Below, one piece after another: positions 19,853 through 29,006 of a stretch of 64,000 nt of DNA (within the stretch, counting starts at the first letter, position 1; each line of letters begins with the position of its first letter). Position numbers and translations under genes: made by a program. The notes under the pieces were generated by a model. It searched no databases. It was given only the letters and a program-made list of their open reading frames with translations, and was not told where the DNA came from. This DNA comes from Ignavibacteriota bacterium (GTDB lineage Bacteria > Bacteroidota > Ignavibacteria > UBA10030): contig PMZI01000026.1 in the NCBI GenBank assembly GCA_003170475.1, forward strand, positions 2,114-66,113. The letters are read 5' to 3'.

Positions 19853-22579
19853 ATGAAAGACCCAGAACAGAAAAAAGAGGAACTTCTCCAGGAGCTACAA
19901 ACTCTCCGAGTGAAAGTGAAACGCCTGGAGGATGCCGAGGAGCTTCGAAAAGCTGTTGTCGCCTCTCTTATGGAGAGCGAAGCCAAATACAGGAGAATCT
20001 TTGAAAATGTCCAGGAGCTGTTCTATCAGGTCGACTTTGATGGCTTGATCATTGATATCAGTCCTTCGGTCAGAAGATACTCCGGATATACTCGAGAGGA
20101 ATTGATCGGCCGGTCCGTTGTCGACCTCTACGCTGATCAAGGCGATCGGGTCAGGTTCATTGCAGCACTTCAGGCGAAAGGGGAAGTTTCCGATTATGAC
20201 CTTCGCCTGAGGGACAAATCCGGACTCATCATCGAGGCCTCCGTCAACGCTCATATCCTGAAGAGCGCTGACGGGAAACCTGTCGGCATTGAAGGATCGT
20301 TCCGAGACATCGGCGCGCGCAAGAAGACAGAAGAAGCGCTCCGGGCGAGTGAAGAGCTGTATCGATTACTCTTCTATCAGTCACCCGTTGGGGTATTCCA
20401 TTTCGGCACGGACCTGCGGGTTACCGATTTCAACCAACAGTTTGTCGAAATCCTGAAATCCACCCGCGATCGACTGAGTGGGTTGAACTTGAATGCGATT
20501 AAGGACCAGCGTGTTTTGCCCGCGATTCGCCAAGCGATCAGTGGCCGCGAAGGACAGTATGAAGGACAGTATGAGGCTACGACGAGTTCCGCACAGGTTT
20601 GGGTGATGATGAAGACGGCTCCCTTGTTCGACGAGTATGGTCGAGTTAAGGGAGGAATTGGAATCGTTGACGATTTTACGAAGCGAAAGGAGGCTGCCAG
20701 GGAATTATTTATGCTGGCCCAGGCGTTGAGGAGTATCCGTGATTGTGTCAGTATCACTGACATCAAAGATAACGTGCTCTTTGTGAACGAAGCATTTTCG
20801 AAAACGTTTGGATATGCACCGGAGGAAATCGTTGGAAAACCAATCGCTCTTGTACGCTCGGCAAGCAATCCGCCGAGTGTCGTCGAACAGATCCTGCCGG
20901 CGACCCTCAAGGGTGGATGGGAAGGTGAGATACTGAATCGGCGGAAAGACCGGACTGAATTTCCCGTGCACCTCTCGACGTCTGTCGTGCGGGATGCGGA
21001 GGGGAATACCATCGCCTTGATAGGAGCAGCGACGGACATTACCGATCGAAGGCGTGCCGAGGCCAATCTGCGTGAGAGTGAGGAACGTTTCCGGAGCTTG
21101 ATCGACACGGCACGGGACGTGATTTTCACGGCAACCCCGCGTGGGGTGATCACATCGTTGAATCAGGCGTTCGAGACATCGACCGGATGGAGTCGGACAG
21201 AGTGGTTGGGCAAGACGTATGATGATATCTTCCATGGCGAGGATGTGGAAGGCGCGAGGCAGTACTTCATCCGCGCACTCGAAGGGGCGAAAGTTCCTGT
21301 GAGAGAGATTCGTATTCATCGGAAGGGCGGGGGATATGTCATTGGTGAATTCACGATCACCCCGCAGAAGGAACGCGGCAAGATCGTGGGGCTCATCGGT
21401 GTCGCACGTGATGTGACCGATCGAAAGAGGCTTGAGGATCAGTACCGTCACGCTCAGAAAATGGAGAGCCTTGGTACGCTTGCCGGAGGCATTGCGCACG
21501 ACTTCAACAATATCCTCGCAATTATCCTCGGTCACGCGTCACTCATTCCACGTAATCAGGGAAACCCTGCGAAGCAAACCGTCAATATCGACTCTGTTAT
21601 TCAGGCGTCGCATCGCGGCGCAGCTCTGGTGCGACAGTTGCTTACATTTGCGAGCAAATCCGACGTTCTTTTTGAATCCGTTCAGCTGAATGAGGTGGTC
21701 TCGGAAACGACCCGACTCCTCGGTGAAACGTTTCCCAAGACGATCACGGTTCGCTTACAGCTTGAGCAGAGTCTTCCCCCCATCATCGCCGATCCGAATC
21801 AGTTGCATCAGCTTCTGCTTAACCTCTGCATCAACGCCCGCGATGCCATGCCGAAAGGCGGCACGCTTTCCATCACAACGACGTTCGTTGGCCGTGAGAG
21901 ATTGCCCGGTCACTTTCCGAATGTCGGGTCGAGAACCTACATCGTTCTTCAGGTTTCGGACACCGGGCAGGGAATGGATCAGGCAACGAAACATCGGATC
22001 TTCGAGCCGTTCTTCACGACAAAGGAAAAGGGAAAAGGCACGGGCCTGGGGCTCGCGACAGTCTACGGTATCCTGGAAAGCCATGGCGGTTTCGTCGATG
22101 TTGACAGCGAAGTGGGTGTGGGCTCGACGTTTCATGTCTATTTCCCGACACAATTGATCTCTGAGGAAACCTCCGATCCGCAGCAGGCGTCACTCGACGA
22201 TGTTCCCGGAGGTGCAGAAACAATCCTCATTGTGGAAGATGAAGTGATGCTACAGGAAATGCTGAAGACGATTCTTGTCGCGAAAGGATATCAAGTTCTC
22301 ACGGCGAGCGACGGAATTGAAGCACTGGAAGTCTATTCCCTGCATCGCGAAGAGATTGGCCTCGTTATCGCTGACATTGGTTTGCCGCGGTTGGCAGGAA
22401 GCGAAGTATTCTTGCGGCTGAAGCAGAATAATCCTGCAATCAAGGTCATTCTCGCGAGCGGATTCCTCGAACCAGCGTTGAAAGCAGAAATGATCAAAGC
22501 CGGTGCAAAGGAGATCATCCAGAAACCCTACCAACCGAATGATTTTCTCAGAAGCGTTCGGAAAGCACTCGACACCTGA
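19853..22579 (+). CDS. cytoplasmic multi-PAS hybrid sensor histidine kinase with receiver domain
   Basis: About four PAS/PAC repeats, H-box 'GGIAHDFNNIL', 'NARDAM', 'FFTTK..GKGTGLGL', C-terminal REC; no transmembrane segment. Confidence 0.93.
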   Translation: MKDPEQKKEELLQELQTLRVKVKRLEDAEELRKAVVASLMESEAKYRRIFENVQELFYQVDFDGLIIDISPSVRRYSGYTREELIGRSVVDLYADQGDRVRFIAALQAKGEVSDYDLRLRDKSGLIIEASVNAHILKSADGKPVGIEGSFRDIGARKKTEEALRASEELYRLLFYQSPVGVFHFGTDLRVTDFNQQFVEILKSTRDRLSGLNLNAIKDQRVLPAIRQAISGREGQYEGQYEATTSSAQVWVMMKTAPLFDEYGRVKGGIGIVDDFTKRKEAARELFMLAQALRSIRDCVSITDIKDNVLFVNEAFSKTFGYAPEEIVGKPIALVRSASNPPSVVEQILPATLKGGWEGEILNRRKDRTEFPVHLSTSVVRDAEGNTIALIGAATDITDRRRAEANLRESEERFRSLIDTARDVIFTATPRGVITSLNQAFETSTGWSRTEWLGKTYDDIFHGEDVEGARQYFIRALEGAKVPVREIRIHRKGGGYVIGEFTITPQKERGKIVGLIGVARDVTDRKRLEDQYRHAQKMESLGTLAGGIAHDFNNILAIILGHASLIPRNQGNPAKQTVNIDSVIQASHRGAALVRQLLTFASKSDVLFESVQLNEVVSETTRLLGETFPKTITVRLQLEQSLPPIIADPNQLHQLLLNLCINARDAMPKGGTLSITTTFVGRERLPGHFPNVGSRTYIVLQVSDTGQGMDQATKHRIFEPFFTTKEKGKGTGLGLATVYGILESHGGFVDVDSEVGVGSTFHVYFPTQLISEETSDPQQASLDDVPGGAETILIVEDEVMLQEMLKTILVAKGYQVLTASDGIEALEVYSLHREEIGLVIADIGLPRLAGSEVFLRLKQNNPAIKVILASGFLEPALKAEMIKAGAKEIIQKPYQPNDFLRSVRKALDT

Positions 22580-22599
22580 ATCCCGCTCAGATTGATTTT

Positions 22600-23829
22600 A
22601 TGGACGATGGAACAGGAACGCCCGCTCTGAAGACGAAACGGCGCGTACTCTCGGTTCTGTGTCTCGCAGAACTTCTCGCGATGTCGGTCTGGTTCTCTGC
22701 CACTGCCATAGTACCGGCGCTGACATCGAGCTGGAAGCTCACCGGCGCGGACGTCGCCTGGCTGACCATGTCTGTTCAGATCGGATTTGTGGTTGGGACT
22801 TTTGGATCGTCGCTGCTGAATCTCGCCGACTACTTCCCCGGCCAGCGATTGTTCGCTGTATCATCTGTTCTTGCCGCACTCAGCACTGCCTTGATTGCGA
22901 TTCTCGCAATCGATGTGCGATTGGCCTTCGTCCTGCGATTTCTCACCGGACTGTTTTTGGCCGGGGTCTATCCTGTCGGCATGAAGATCATGGCCACCTG
23001 GACGAAGCAGGACAGAGGATTGGGAATCGGTTTGCTCGTAGGAGCACTGACCGTGGGGTCGGCTGCGCCGCATCTCATTAACGCTCTCGGCGGAGTGGGA
23101 GACTGGAGACCGGTTCTGTTCCTTTCATCCGGTCTGGGAGCTCTTGGCGGAGTATTGACCCTCTTTTTCGTGAAAGAAGGCCCTTACCGCTCAAGTCTTC
23201 CAAGGGTCAACTGGCGGTACACGTTGGGGATTGTGCGCCAGCGGGAGCTCGCATTGGCAAACCTGGGGTACCTGGGACATATGTGGGAACTGTATGCAAT
23301 GTGGGCGTGGTTGCCCGTATTCCTTCTCTCAAGCTTTCAGCTTGTTTCGATCGATCCTCTGTGGGCAGGCGTAGTGGCGTTCGCGGTCATCGCCGTCGGC
23401 GGGTTAGGGAGTGTGCTAGCCGGATTCTTGGCTGACCGTTACGGTCGAACGACAATTACGATTGTCTCCATGATAGTCAGCGGTTCCTGTGCTCTTCTCG
23501 TTGGTCTATTCTATGGAGGCAGCCCCGCCGTGCTGGCACTCGTCTGCCTCATTTGGGGGTTTGCCATCGTCGCTGACTCAGCACAGTTCTCAGCTTGTGT
23601 GAGTGAATTGTGTCAGGCGGAGCATGTCGGAACGGCGCTCACCTTTCAAACCTGTCTTGGATTCTTATTGACCATGGTCACGATTCGATTCATCCCACTC
23701 CTTGTCGATTGGGTGAGTTGGAGGTGGGCATTCGCATTCCTGTCGATCGGTCCCCTCGGAGGTGTGTGGGCAATGTATTCATTGCGTCGCCTGCCGGCCG
23801 CGAGTCGACTGGCTGGCGGGCATCGGTAG
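22600..23829 (+). CDS. MFS transporter
   Basis: About 12 hydrophobic segments; motif A-like 'LADRYGR'; 'GHMWELYAMW'. Confidence 0.88.
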   Translation: MDDGTGTPALKTKRRVLSVLCLAELLAMSVWFSATAIVPALTSSWKLTGADVAWLTMSVQIGFVVGTFGSSLLNLADYFPGQRLFAVSSVLAALSTALIAILAIDVRLAFVLRFLTGLFLAGVYPVGMKIMATWTKQDRGLGIGLLVGALTVGSAAPHLINALGGVGDWRPVLFLSSGLGALGGVLTLFFVKEGPYRSSLPRVNWRYTLGIVRQRELALANLGYLGHMWELYAMWAWLPVFLLSSFQLVSIDPLWAGVVAFAVIAVGGLGSVLAGFLADRYGRTTITIVSMIVSGSCALLVGLFYGGSPAVLALVCLIWGFAIVADSAQFSACVSELCQAEHVGTALTFQTCLGFLLTMVTIRFIPLLVDWVSWRWAFAFLSIGPLGGVWAMYSLRRLPAASRLAGGHR

Positions 23830-23889
23830 CATGGATCGTGGTTGTCTTTTAGATCAACGAACTCTTTCTGAGGAAAGGATCCTACGAAA

Positions 23890-24432
23890 ATGAACTCCTC
23901 CATCAAGCGCCTCATTGTAACGATATTTGGACTCGGGTTTCTTTCCGGTTGTGGAACGACGTATCCGAACAGAATCATCGTCGGTGAGCAGTTTCCCAGC
24001 GTTCGCGGCAAGTCTCTCAGCGGAGACGAAATAGTGTTCCCTGATCACTTCAAAGGCAAGAAAGTCATTCTGGTTCTTGGATACGTGCAGGACACACAAT
24101 TTGACGTCGACCGATGGGGGATTGGATTCTTCACGGCTGACCTGTCGCTGCCGCCGATCTACGAAGTGCCGACCATCCCCGGACTGCTTCCGTCACTATT
24201 CAAAGAATCGATTGACAAGGGAATGCGAAGCGGTATCCCGAAGGAATCATGGAAGGACGTCGTCACTGTGTACGGGTCAGATGGCGGAACAATTGCACAA
24301 TGGACGGGGACCGAAGTTCCACGTAATTGCCGGGTGCTTCTCCTGGATGAAAACGGCGTCGTCCTCTGGAGCCACGACAAGGGGTACGGCCTTCCTCCCT
24401 TGAAGTCTCTCCTGGATGCTTTGAAGAAATGA
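23890..24432 (+). CDS. lipoprotein with thioredoxin-like (ATP10-like) fold
   Basis: Lipobox LSGC; 'FPSVRGKSLSG...FPDHFKGK.VILV', 'VLLLDENG.V.W'; no CxxC. Confidence 0.6.
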   Translation: MNSSIKRLIVTIFGLGFLSGCGTTYPNRIIVGEQFPSVRGKSLSGDEIVFPDHFKGKKVILVLGYVQDTQFDVDRWGIGFFTADLSLPPIYEVPTIPGLLPSLFKESIDKGMRSGIPKESWKDVVTVYGSDGGTIAQWTGTEVPRNCRVLLLDENGVVLWSHDKGYGLPPLKSLLDALKK

Positions 24433-26165
24433 AACAATCACTGAGGTGGAAGATGAAGTCACGATTGGAATTTGTTCTGCTCATGTTGATGACTTGCTTT
24501 CTCGCGTCACAGCTCGTTGCGAGCGAAGTGCCCCGGCCATCAACGCCTCGAGCCAGGCCCGTCGTCGGGTTGATCGATGAATTGCAGGAGCTCTACCCCG
24601 ATACAAAACTGGATCAACCGGTGAAGCGGCTCACGGTGCACGCGGCAAGGAACACGATTGCAAGTGTCCATCTCATGATGACCGGGCTTCAGGGGACAGA
24701 AAAGGTTGTGTTCTCTGAGTCGGACGATAACGGCAGGCCGACATCAGGGATACGGTGGTATCGGATGATTGATGTTCCTGTCACCGAGAACTCCGGGCTC
24801 GACCGCAACACGGAGAAATACAGCGGCAAGGTGAACCCGTACGTCATCAGGAAAGCGCCCTTTAGAATTTACGATCCATTCCGCCCTATAACTTCGCCGA
24901 TGACGGTCGACTCCTCGTCCATAGCCCTGCGGATTGAGATACCAATGGACTCGAGTTCATCCCCGGGGGCGTACACTCACCACCTCCGGATCGACTTCGG
25001 CGATCATGTCGAGGTTCTGGAATTCGTCGTGATCGTGCACCGTGCATTGGTTCCTCCGGTGAGCCGATCCACCATTTCCTACGTTAATTGGCATAACCTC
25101 GACAACATCTGCAGTGCTCACGGCGTGGAGAAGTGGAGCGAACCATTCTGGGACATGCTCGCGAAGTATGCGCAGACGATGGCCAGAGGAAGACAGAACA
25201 CTTTTTGGTTCACCTGGGGAGACTACTTTACGTTTGACAGCAGCGGAAACGTGGCGTCGTTCCGGCGGGACCGCCTGGAGCGCCTGATCAAGCTCTTCTT
25301 TCAACAAGGATTCCAGACGGTGCAGGGTGCGCCATTTGTGGGTCGCAGAGACTGGTTAGGATCCTTGGATATGCTGCTGGCTGTCCGGGCAGCCGATGGG
25401 GCAGAGGTCTACGCGATCTCTGACAAAGGGAAGCGAATGGTGACGCAAATGGCCATCCGCATTATTGGCATGATGCAGGAAAACGGCTGGGACAGACGGT
25501 GGGTGCAAGGGGTGTTCGACGAGCCGACAGACGAGTACGTGGATCGTTACAGAAAGCTCGTCGGACTCCTTCGGGGTTTTAAAAAGGATATCAGAATCCT
25601 CGAAGCCACCATGACGACGAACGTGAGCGGCATCGTCAATATCTGGTGTCCGCAGGTCCAGGAATATCAGGCGAACCAGGAATTCTTTGACCAACGAAAA
25701 GCGGCCGGCGACAAGGTGTGGGTCTATACCTGCTTGGCTCCCGGCGGCCCATGGGTGAACAGACTTCTGGATATGGAGCACCTACGGCAAGTGTACATCG
25801 GATGGGGACTGGCGAAATTCAATCTGCAGGGATTTCTGCACTGGGGACTTAATTTCCACACCAACAAACCGTTTGAAGAACTTGTGCGTTTTCACATGGA
25901 AGGCCAGTTTCTGCCTGCCGGAGATTCGCACATTCTCTATCCGGTTCGTGAAGGCCCTCTCTCGAGCCAGAGGTTTGAAGCTCATCGGATCGGGATGGAA
26001 GACTATGAACTTCTTGCTCAGCTGAAATTGCATGATGCAGCCCGAGCTCAACAGATCATCGCCCAGGTGTTTCAAGCGTTCGACAAATACAGCAAGGAGA
26101 TTGCGGTATATCGTGCCGCCCGAAATCTTCTTCTCGAGGCCGTCGATCAATACACGCCGAACTGA
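24429..26165 (+). CDS. DUF4091-containing glycoside hydrolase (GH123-like)
   Basis: Signal peptide; adjacent acidic pair 'FDEP'; 'WVYTC', 'GFLHWG', 'GDSHILYP', 'RFE..R.G.EDYE'. Confidence 0.75.
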   Translation: MKQSLRWKMKSRLEFVLLMLMTCFLASQLVASEVPRPSTPRARPVVGLIDELQELYPDTKLDQPVKRLTVHAARNTIASVHLMMTGLQGTEKVVFSESDDNGRPTSGIRWYRMIDVPVTENSGLDRNTEKYSGKVNPYVIRKAPFRIYDPFRPITSPMTVDSSSIALRIEIPMDSSSSPGAYTHHLRIDFGDHVEVLEFVVIVHRALVPPVSRSTISYVNWHNLDNICSAHGVEKWSEPFWDMLAKYAQTMARGRQNTFWFTWGDYFTFDSSGNVASFRRDRLERLIKLFFQQGFQTVQGAPFVGRRDWLGSLDMLLAVRAADGAEVYAISDKGKRMVTQMAIRIIGMMQENGWDRRWVQGVFDEPTDEYVDRYRKLVGLLRGFKKDIRILEATMTTNVSGIVNIWCPQVQEYQANQEFFDQRKAAGDKVWVYTCLAPGGPWVNRLLDMEHLRQVYIGWGLAKFNLQGFLHWGLNFHTNKPFEELVRFHMEGQFLPAGDSHILYPVREGPLSSQRFEAHRIGMEDYELLAQLKLHDAARAQQIIAQVFQAFDKYSKEIAVYRAARNLLLEAVDQYTPN

Positions 26166-26206
26166 CGCGGGAAGTCCCGAAGACGGACAAGAACGTAGAG
26201 CCAAAA

Positions 26207-26247
26207 AAGAACCCCTGTCGCATTCTGTGGACAGGGGTTCTTGTTTC
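26207..26247. terminator. bidirectional intrinsic terminator
   Basis: 13-bp stem AAGAACCCCTGTC/GACAGGGGTTCTT flanked by A- and T-rich runs, between convergent genes. Confidence 0.8.
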
Positions 26248-26274
26248 ATACAGCAGAGACCTAAAGTCGGATCC

Positions 26275-27192
26275 TTAAGAGATGTCCGTGGGTATTGTGA
26301 CGATGACCTTATTGCCCGGCTCCACGAATTCTACTTTAAGGGCTGATCGGGCAATGGCAATCCCGCGGCCATGATTGTCGAACAGCCTGGATTCGTCGAC
26401 CTGTGCATAGCGTTCAAAGTCAAATCCGGGGCCCTGATCTTCAATTTCGATTCGCAAGTTGTTCCCGTCTCTTTTCATCCGGACGACAGCATATTTCCTT
26501 TGGTTTTCCGGAAGCGCGAGCCGACGCTCGATTTCCTCATGCCACGTACTATCTTCAACGAGTCTTCCCTTATCCTCGTACGTGATCCCAAGATTTCCAT
26601 GTTCCACGGCGTTCAGAAGTATCTCAGCGATGACCATCGCATGCTCGGGTTCCGGAGTGGCACTGGCAATCATGACGGCGAGCTGCTCCGCCTCTGCGAG
26701 GGTCCTGAACCGGAACGTCCCCTCGTCCATAAAGGCAAGAGGTCGCGCACACTGTTTCAATCTGTCGAGAAGCTGGCGGGTTGAATGGTAGTCGCTGACT
26801 GCGGCTCGAAGAATCGACTGCAGGAGGGATCGTTGAAAGGGTTTGATGAGATAGTAGAATGCACCCGCGTCGATTCCCTCTTTGATGCGTTCGGGATCGT
26901 CCAGGGCGGTCAACATGATGACAGGGATATGCTCGATGTGCGGCTGCTTCTTCATCCAACGGAGCAATTCGATGCCGGTCATTTGCGGCATCATCCAATC
27001 GAGAATGACCACACTGATCGGTTCCGGATTTGCCTGAAGGACGGCCTGTGCATCTGTGCCGTCGGCTGCCGTAAGAACCCTGCATCCTTCGTCGATCAGC
27101 ATTTTCGCGAGTACAGATCGAAGGGCCTGTTCGTCATCGACGATGAGAACGGTGTCGATCCTGTGTTCCATCACGGACTCTTCAATGCCCAT
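26275..27192 (-). CDS. response regulator fused to an HATPase_c (RsbW/anti-sigma kinase-like) domain
   Basis: REC 'IVDDE...ILDWMMP...YLIKP'; C-terminal 'EILLNAVEHGN', 'IEDQGPGFD', 'HGRGI'; no H-box; start may be ATG 27171. Confidence 0.8.
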   Translation of the reverse strand: MGIEESVMEHRIDTVLIVDDEQALRSVLAKMLIDEGCRVLTAADGTDAQAVLQANPEPISVVILDWMMPQMTGIELLRWMKKQPHIEHIPVIMLTALDDPERIKEGIDAGAFYYLIKPFQRSLLQSILRAAVSDYHSTRQLLDRLKQCARPLAFMDEGTFRFRTLAEAEQLAVMIASATPEPEHAMVIAEILLNAVEHGNLGITYEDKGRLVEDSTWHEEIERRLALPENQRKYAVVRMKRDGNNLRIEIEDQGPGFDFERYAQVDESRLFDNHGRGIAIARSALKVEFVEPGNKVIVTIPTDIS

Positions 27193-27357
27193 CGTGCTCT
27201 CTCTCAGCCGGAGGATGCTATGACAATCAATGAAATATCATCTGCTCGGTTAGGATAGAGGCAATATCGGTAACTCAAACGAGCCAATCAAGCAGAGAGT
27301 CGAGCAAGGATCTTGGCGGAAGACATTCGTTTGGAATTGCCGGCCATCGATCTGATG

Positions 27358-28533
27358 TTAGGAAGCATTCCTGCCAAGATAGCGAAGGATCATGACGGTA
27401 ATATCATCGGATTGGGGGGCGTTGCCCGCGAACACCTTGAGCGCCGCAAGGCTCCCGAGTGCAACTTCGCGGATCGATGAGCCGTTCGTCTTTTTGAGAT
27501 AGGAAATCAGTCGTTCGTCCTCAAACATGTTCATGTCGGCATCCATTGCCTCGGTGACTCCATCGGTGTAGAGGAAGATCGCGTCGCCCTTCTGGAGTTG
27601 GACTTTTTTCGCATCGTAGTCCTGATGCTCGATTTTACCCACGAGGAATCCGTCCGTCATCGGCAGTTGTTCGACTTCTCCCGACGCCCGCACGAGTACG
27701 GGGGAATTGTGACCTCCGTTGCTATACTGGACCTCGCCGGTACGAGTGTTCAAAATGCCGTAGAAGATGGTGACGAACGTGGACGCTTCGCTTTCGGGGA
27801 TGAGCAGTGCATTCACCCTCCGCAGCACCTCCCCGGGGTGAGCCACCTGGTGCGCGGTTGCCTTCAGAAGCGTCCGGCAGACGGCCATGTAAATTGCCGC
27901 CGGAATCCCTTTTCCGGAAACGTCTCCAATTGCGAACGCGAGCCGGTCCTCGTCGAGGAAGTAAAAATCGTAGAAGTCACCGCCGACATTCTTCGCTGTG
28001 ATCATTTCTGCGTGAATCTCGAATTCGTTCCGCAGCGGAAACGGAGGGAAGACGCTCGGGAGCAGTGATTGCTGGATCCGCGCGGCGGTCGTGAGGTCAC
28101 GCTGCACGGCAACGAGTTCATCGCGCGATTTGAGTGCGGTCTTGATCACCTCCAGATGTTGCATGGTCTTGCGCACGGTGAGATCCAGATCGTTGAAATC
28201 GATCGGCTTCGTCAGAAAGTCGAACGCTCCCCGATTCATCGCCGTCCGGATGTTCTCCATATCGCCGTAAGCGGAGACGATCACCGATTTGAGCAATGGA
28301 TTGTTCAATTCCCCGAGCTTCTGGAGAAGAGTGAGTCCATCCATCTCCGGCATGTTGATGTCGGAAAGGATGACGGAAACATCTTCGTGTTCTTCGAGCC
28401 TCTCCAGTGCCTGCACGCCGTTCTGAGCGAACACGAACCGGAAACTGTCGTCCTTGATTTCTTTCCTGAACTTCTGCTTGATCAGCAACTCTAAATCCGG
28501 CTCATCATCGACAACAAGAATCTTATGCGACAT
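27358..28533 (-). CDS. response regulator-SpoIIE/PP2C serine phosphatase (RsbU/RsbP-like)
   Basis: REC plus 'VGGDFYD', 'IGDVSGKG', 'NGGH', 'YTDGVTEA', 'DDIT'. Confidence 0.93.
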   Translation of the reverse strand: MSHKILVVDDEPDLELLIKQKFRKEIKDDSFRFVFAQNGVQALERLEEHEDVSVILSDINMPEMDGLTLLQKLGELNNPLLKSVIVSAYGDMENIRTAMNRGAFDFLTKPIDFNDLDLTVRKTMQHLEVIKTALKSRDELVAVQRDLTTAARIQQSLLPSVFPPFPLRNEFEIHAEMITAKNVGGDFYDFYFLDEDRLAFAIGDVSGKGIPAAIYMAVCRTLLKATAHQVAHPGEVLRRVNALLIPESEASTFVTIFYGILNTRTGEVQYSNGGHNSPVLVRASGEVEQLPMTDGFLVGKIEHQDYDAKKVQLQKGDAIFLYTDGVTEAMDADMNMFEDERLISYLKKTNGSSIREVALGSLAALKVFAGNAPQSDDITVMILRYLGRNAS

Positions 28534-28622
28534 TCGCTACTCCTTTGCTCATTTCAAACAGATGCAAATCGGAATTCGACAGCTGATGGTTCCTGCGTTT
28601 CGTATCCCCTTGGGAAAGGTGC

Positions 28623-29006
28623 TCACAAGGCCGGGGACGCATCGAAGATCTCTTTCTTCACTTTGGTGAAATCGATGGGCTTGGTGAAATAATGTTCGGC
28701 ACCGGTGCTCATCGCTGTGTTGTAGTTGTATTCATCCCCATAGGCGGTGATCATCGAAACCTTGATATGCGGAAATCGGTCCTTGACGATCTTCAGCAAT
28801 TCCAGCCCGGTCATTCCGGGCATGTTGATGTCAGAGAGAATGCAGACGACGTCAGGCGGATTGTGACTCTTCAGATAGTCCAGCGCTTCTGAACCTGAGA
28901 ATGCGTAGCACAATTCAACGATGCCCTGCTTAATCTCCTTGCGGAATTCCTGCCGAAAGAGAAACTCAACGTCCTTTTCGTCGTCGACGACCATAATCTT
29001 CATCAT
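28623..29006 (-). CDS. single-domain response regulator
   Basis: 'VVDDE', 'LSDINMPGMTG', 'TKP'; overlaps the kinase stop by 4 nt. Confidence 0.92.
   Translation of the reverse strand: MMKIMVVDDEKDVEFLFRQEFRKEIKQGIVELCYAFSGSEALDYLKSHNPPDVVCILSDINMPGMTGLELLKIVKDRFPHIKVSMITAYGDEYNYNTAMSTGAEHYFTKPIDFTKVKKEIFDASPAL

Noticed and set aside
20549..20572. 12-nt tandem duplication GAAGGACAGTAT x2 in the PAS kinase
   Set aside because: In-frame, only two copies (EGQYEGQY), no sign of phase variation.
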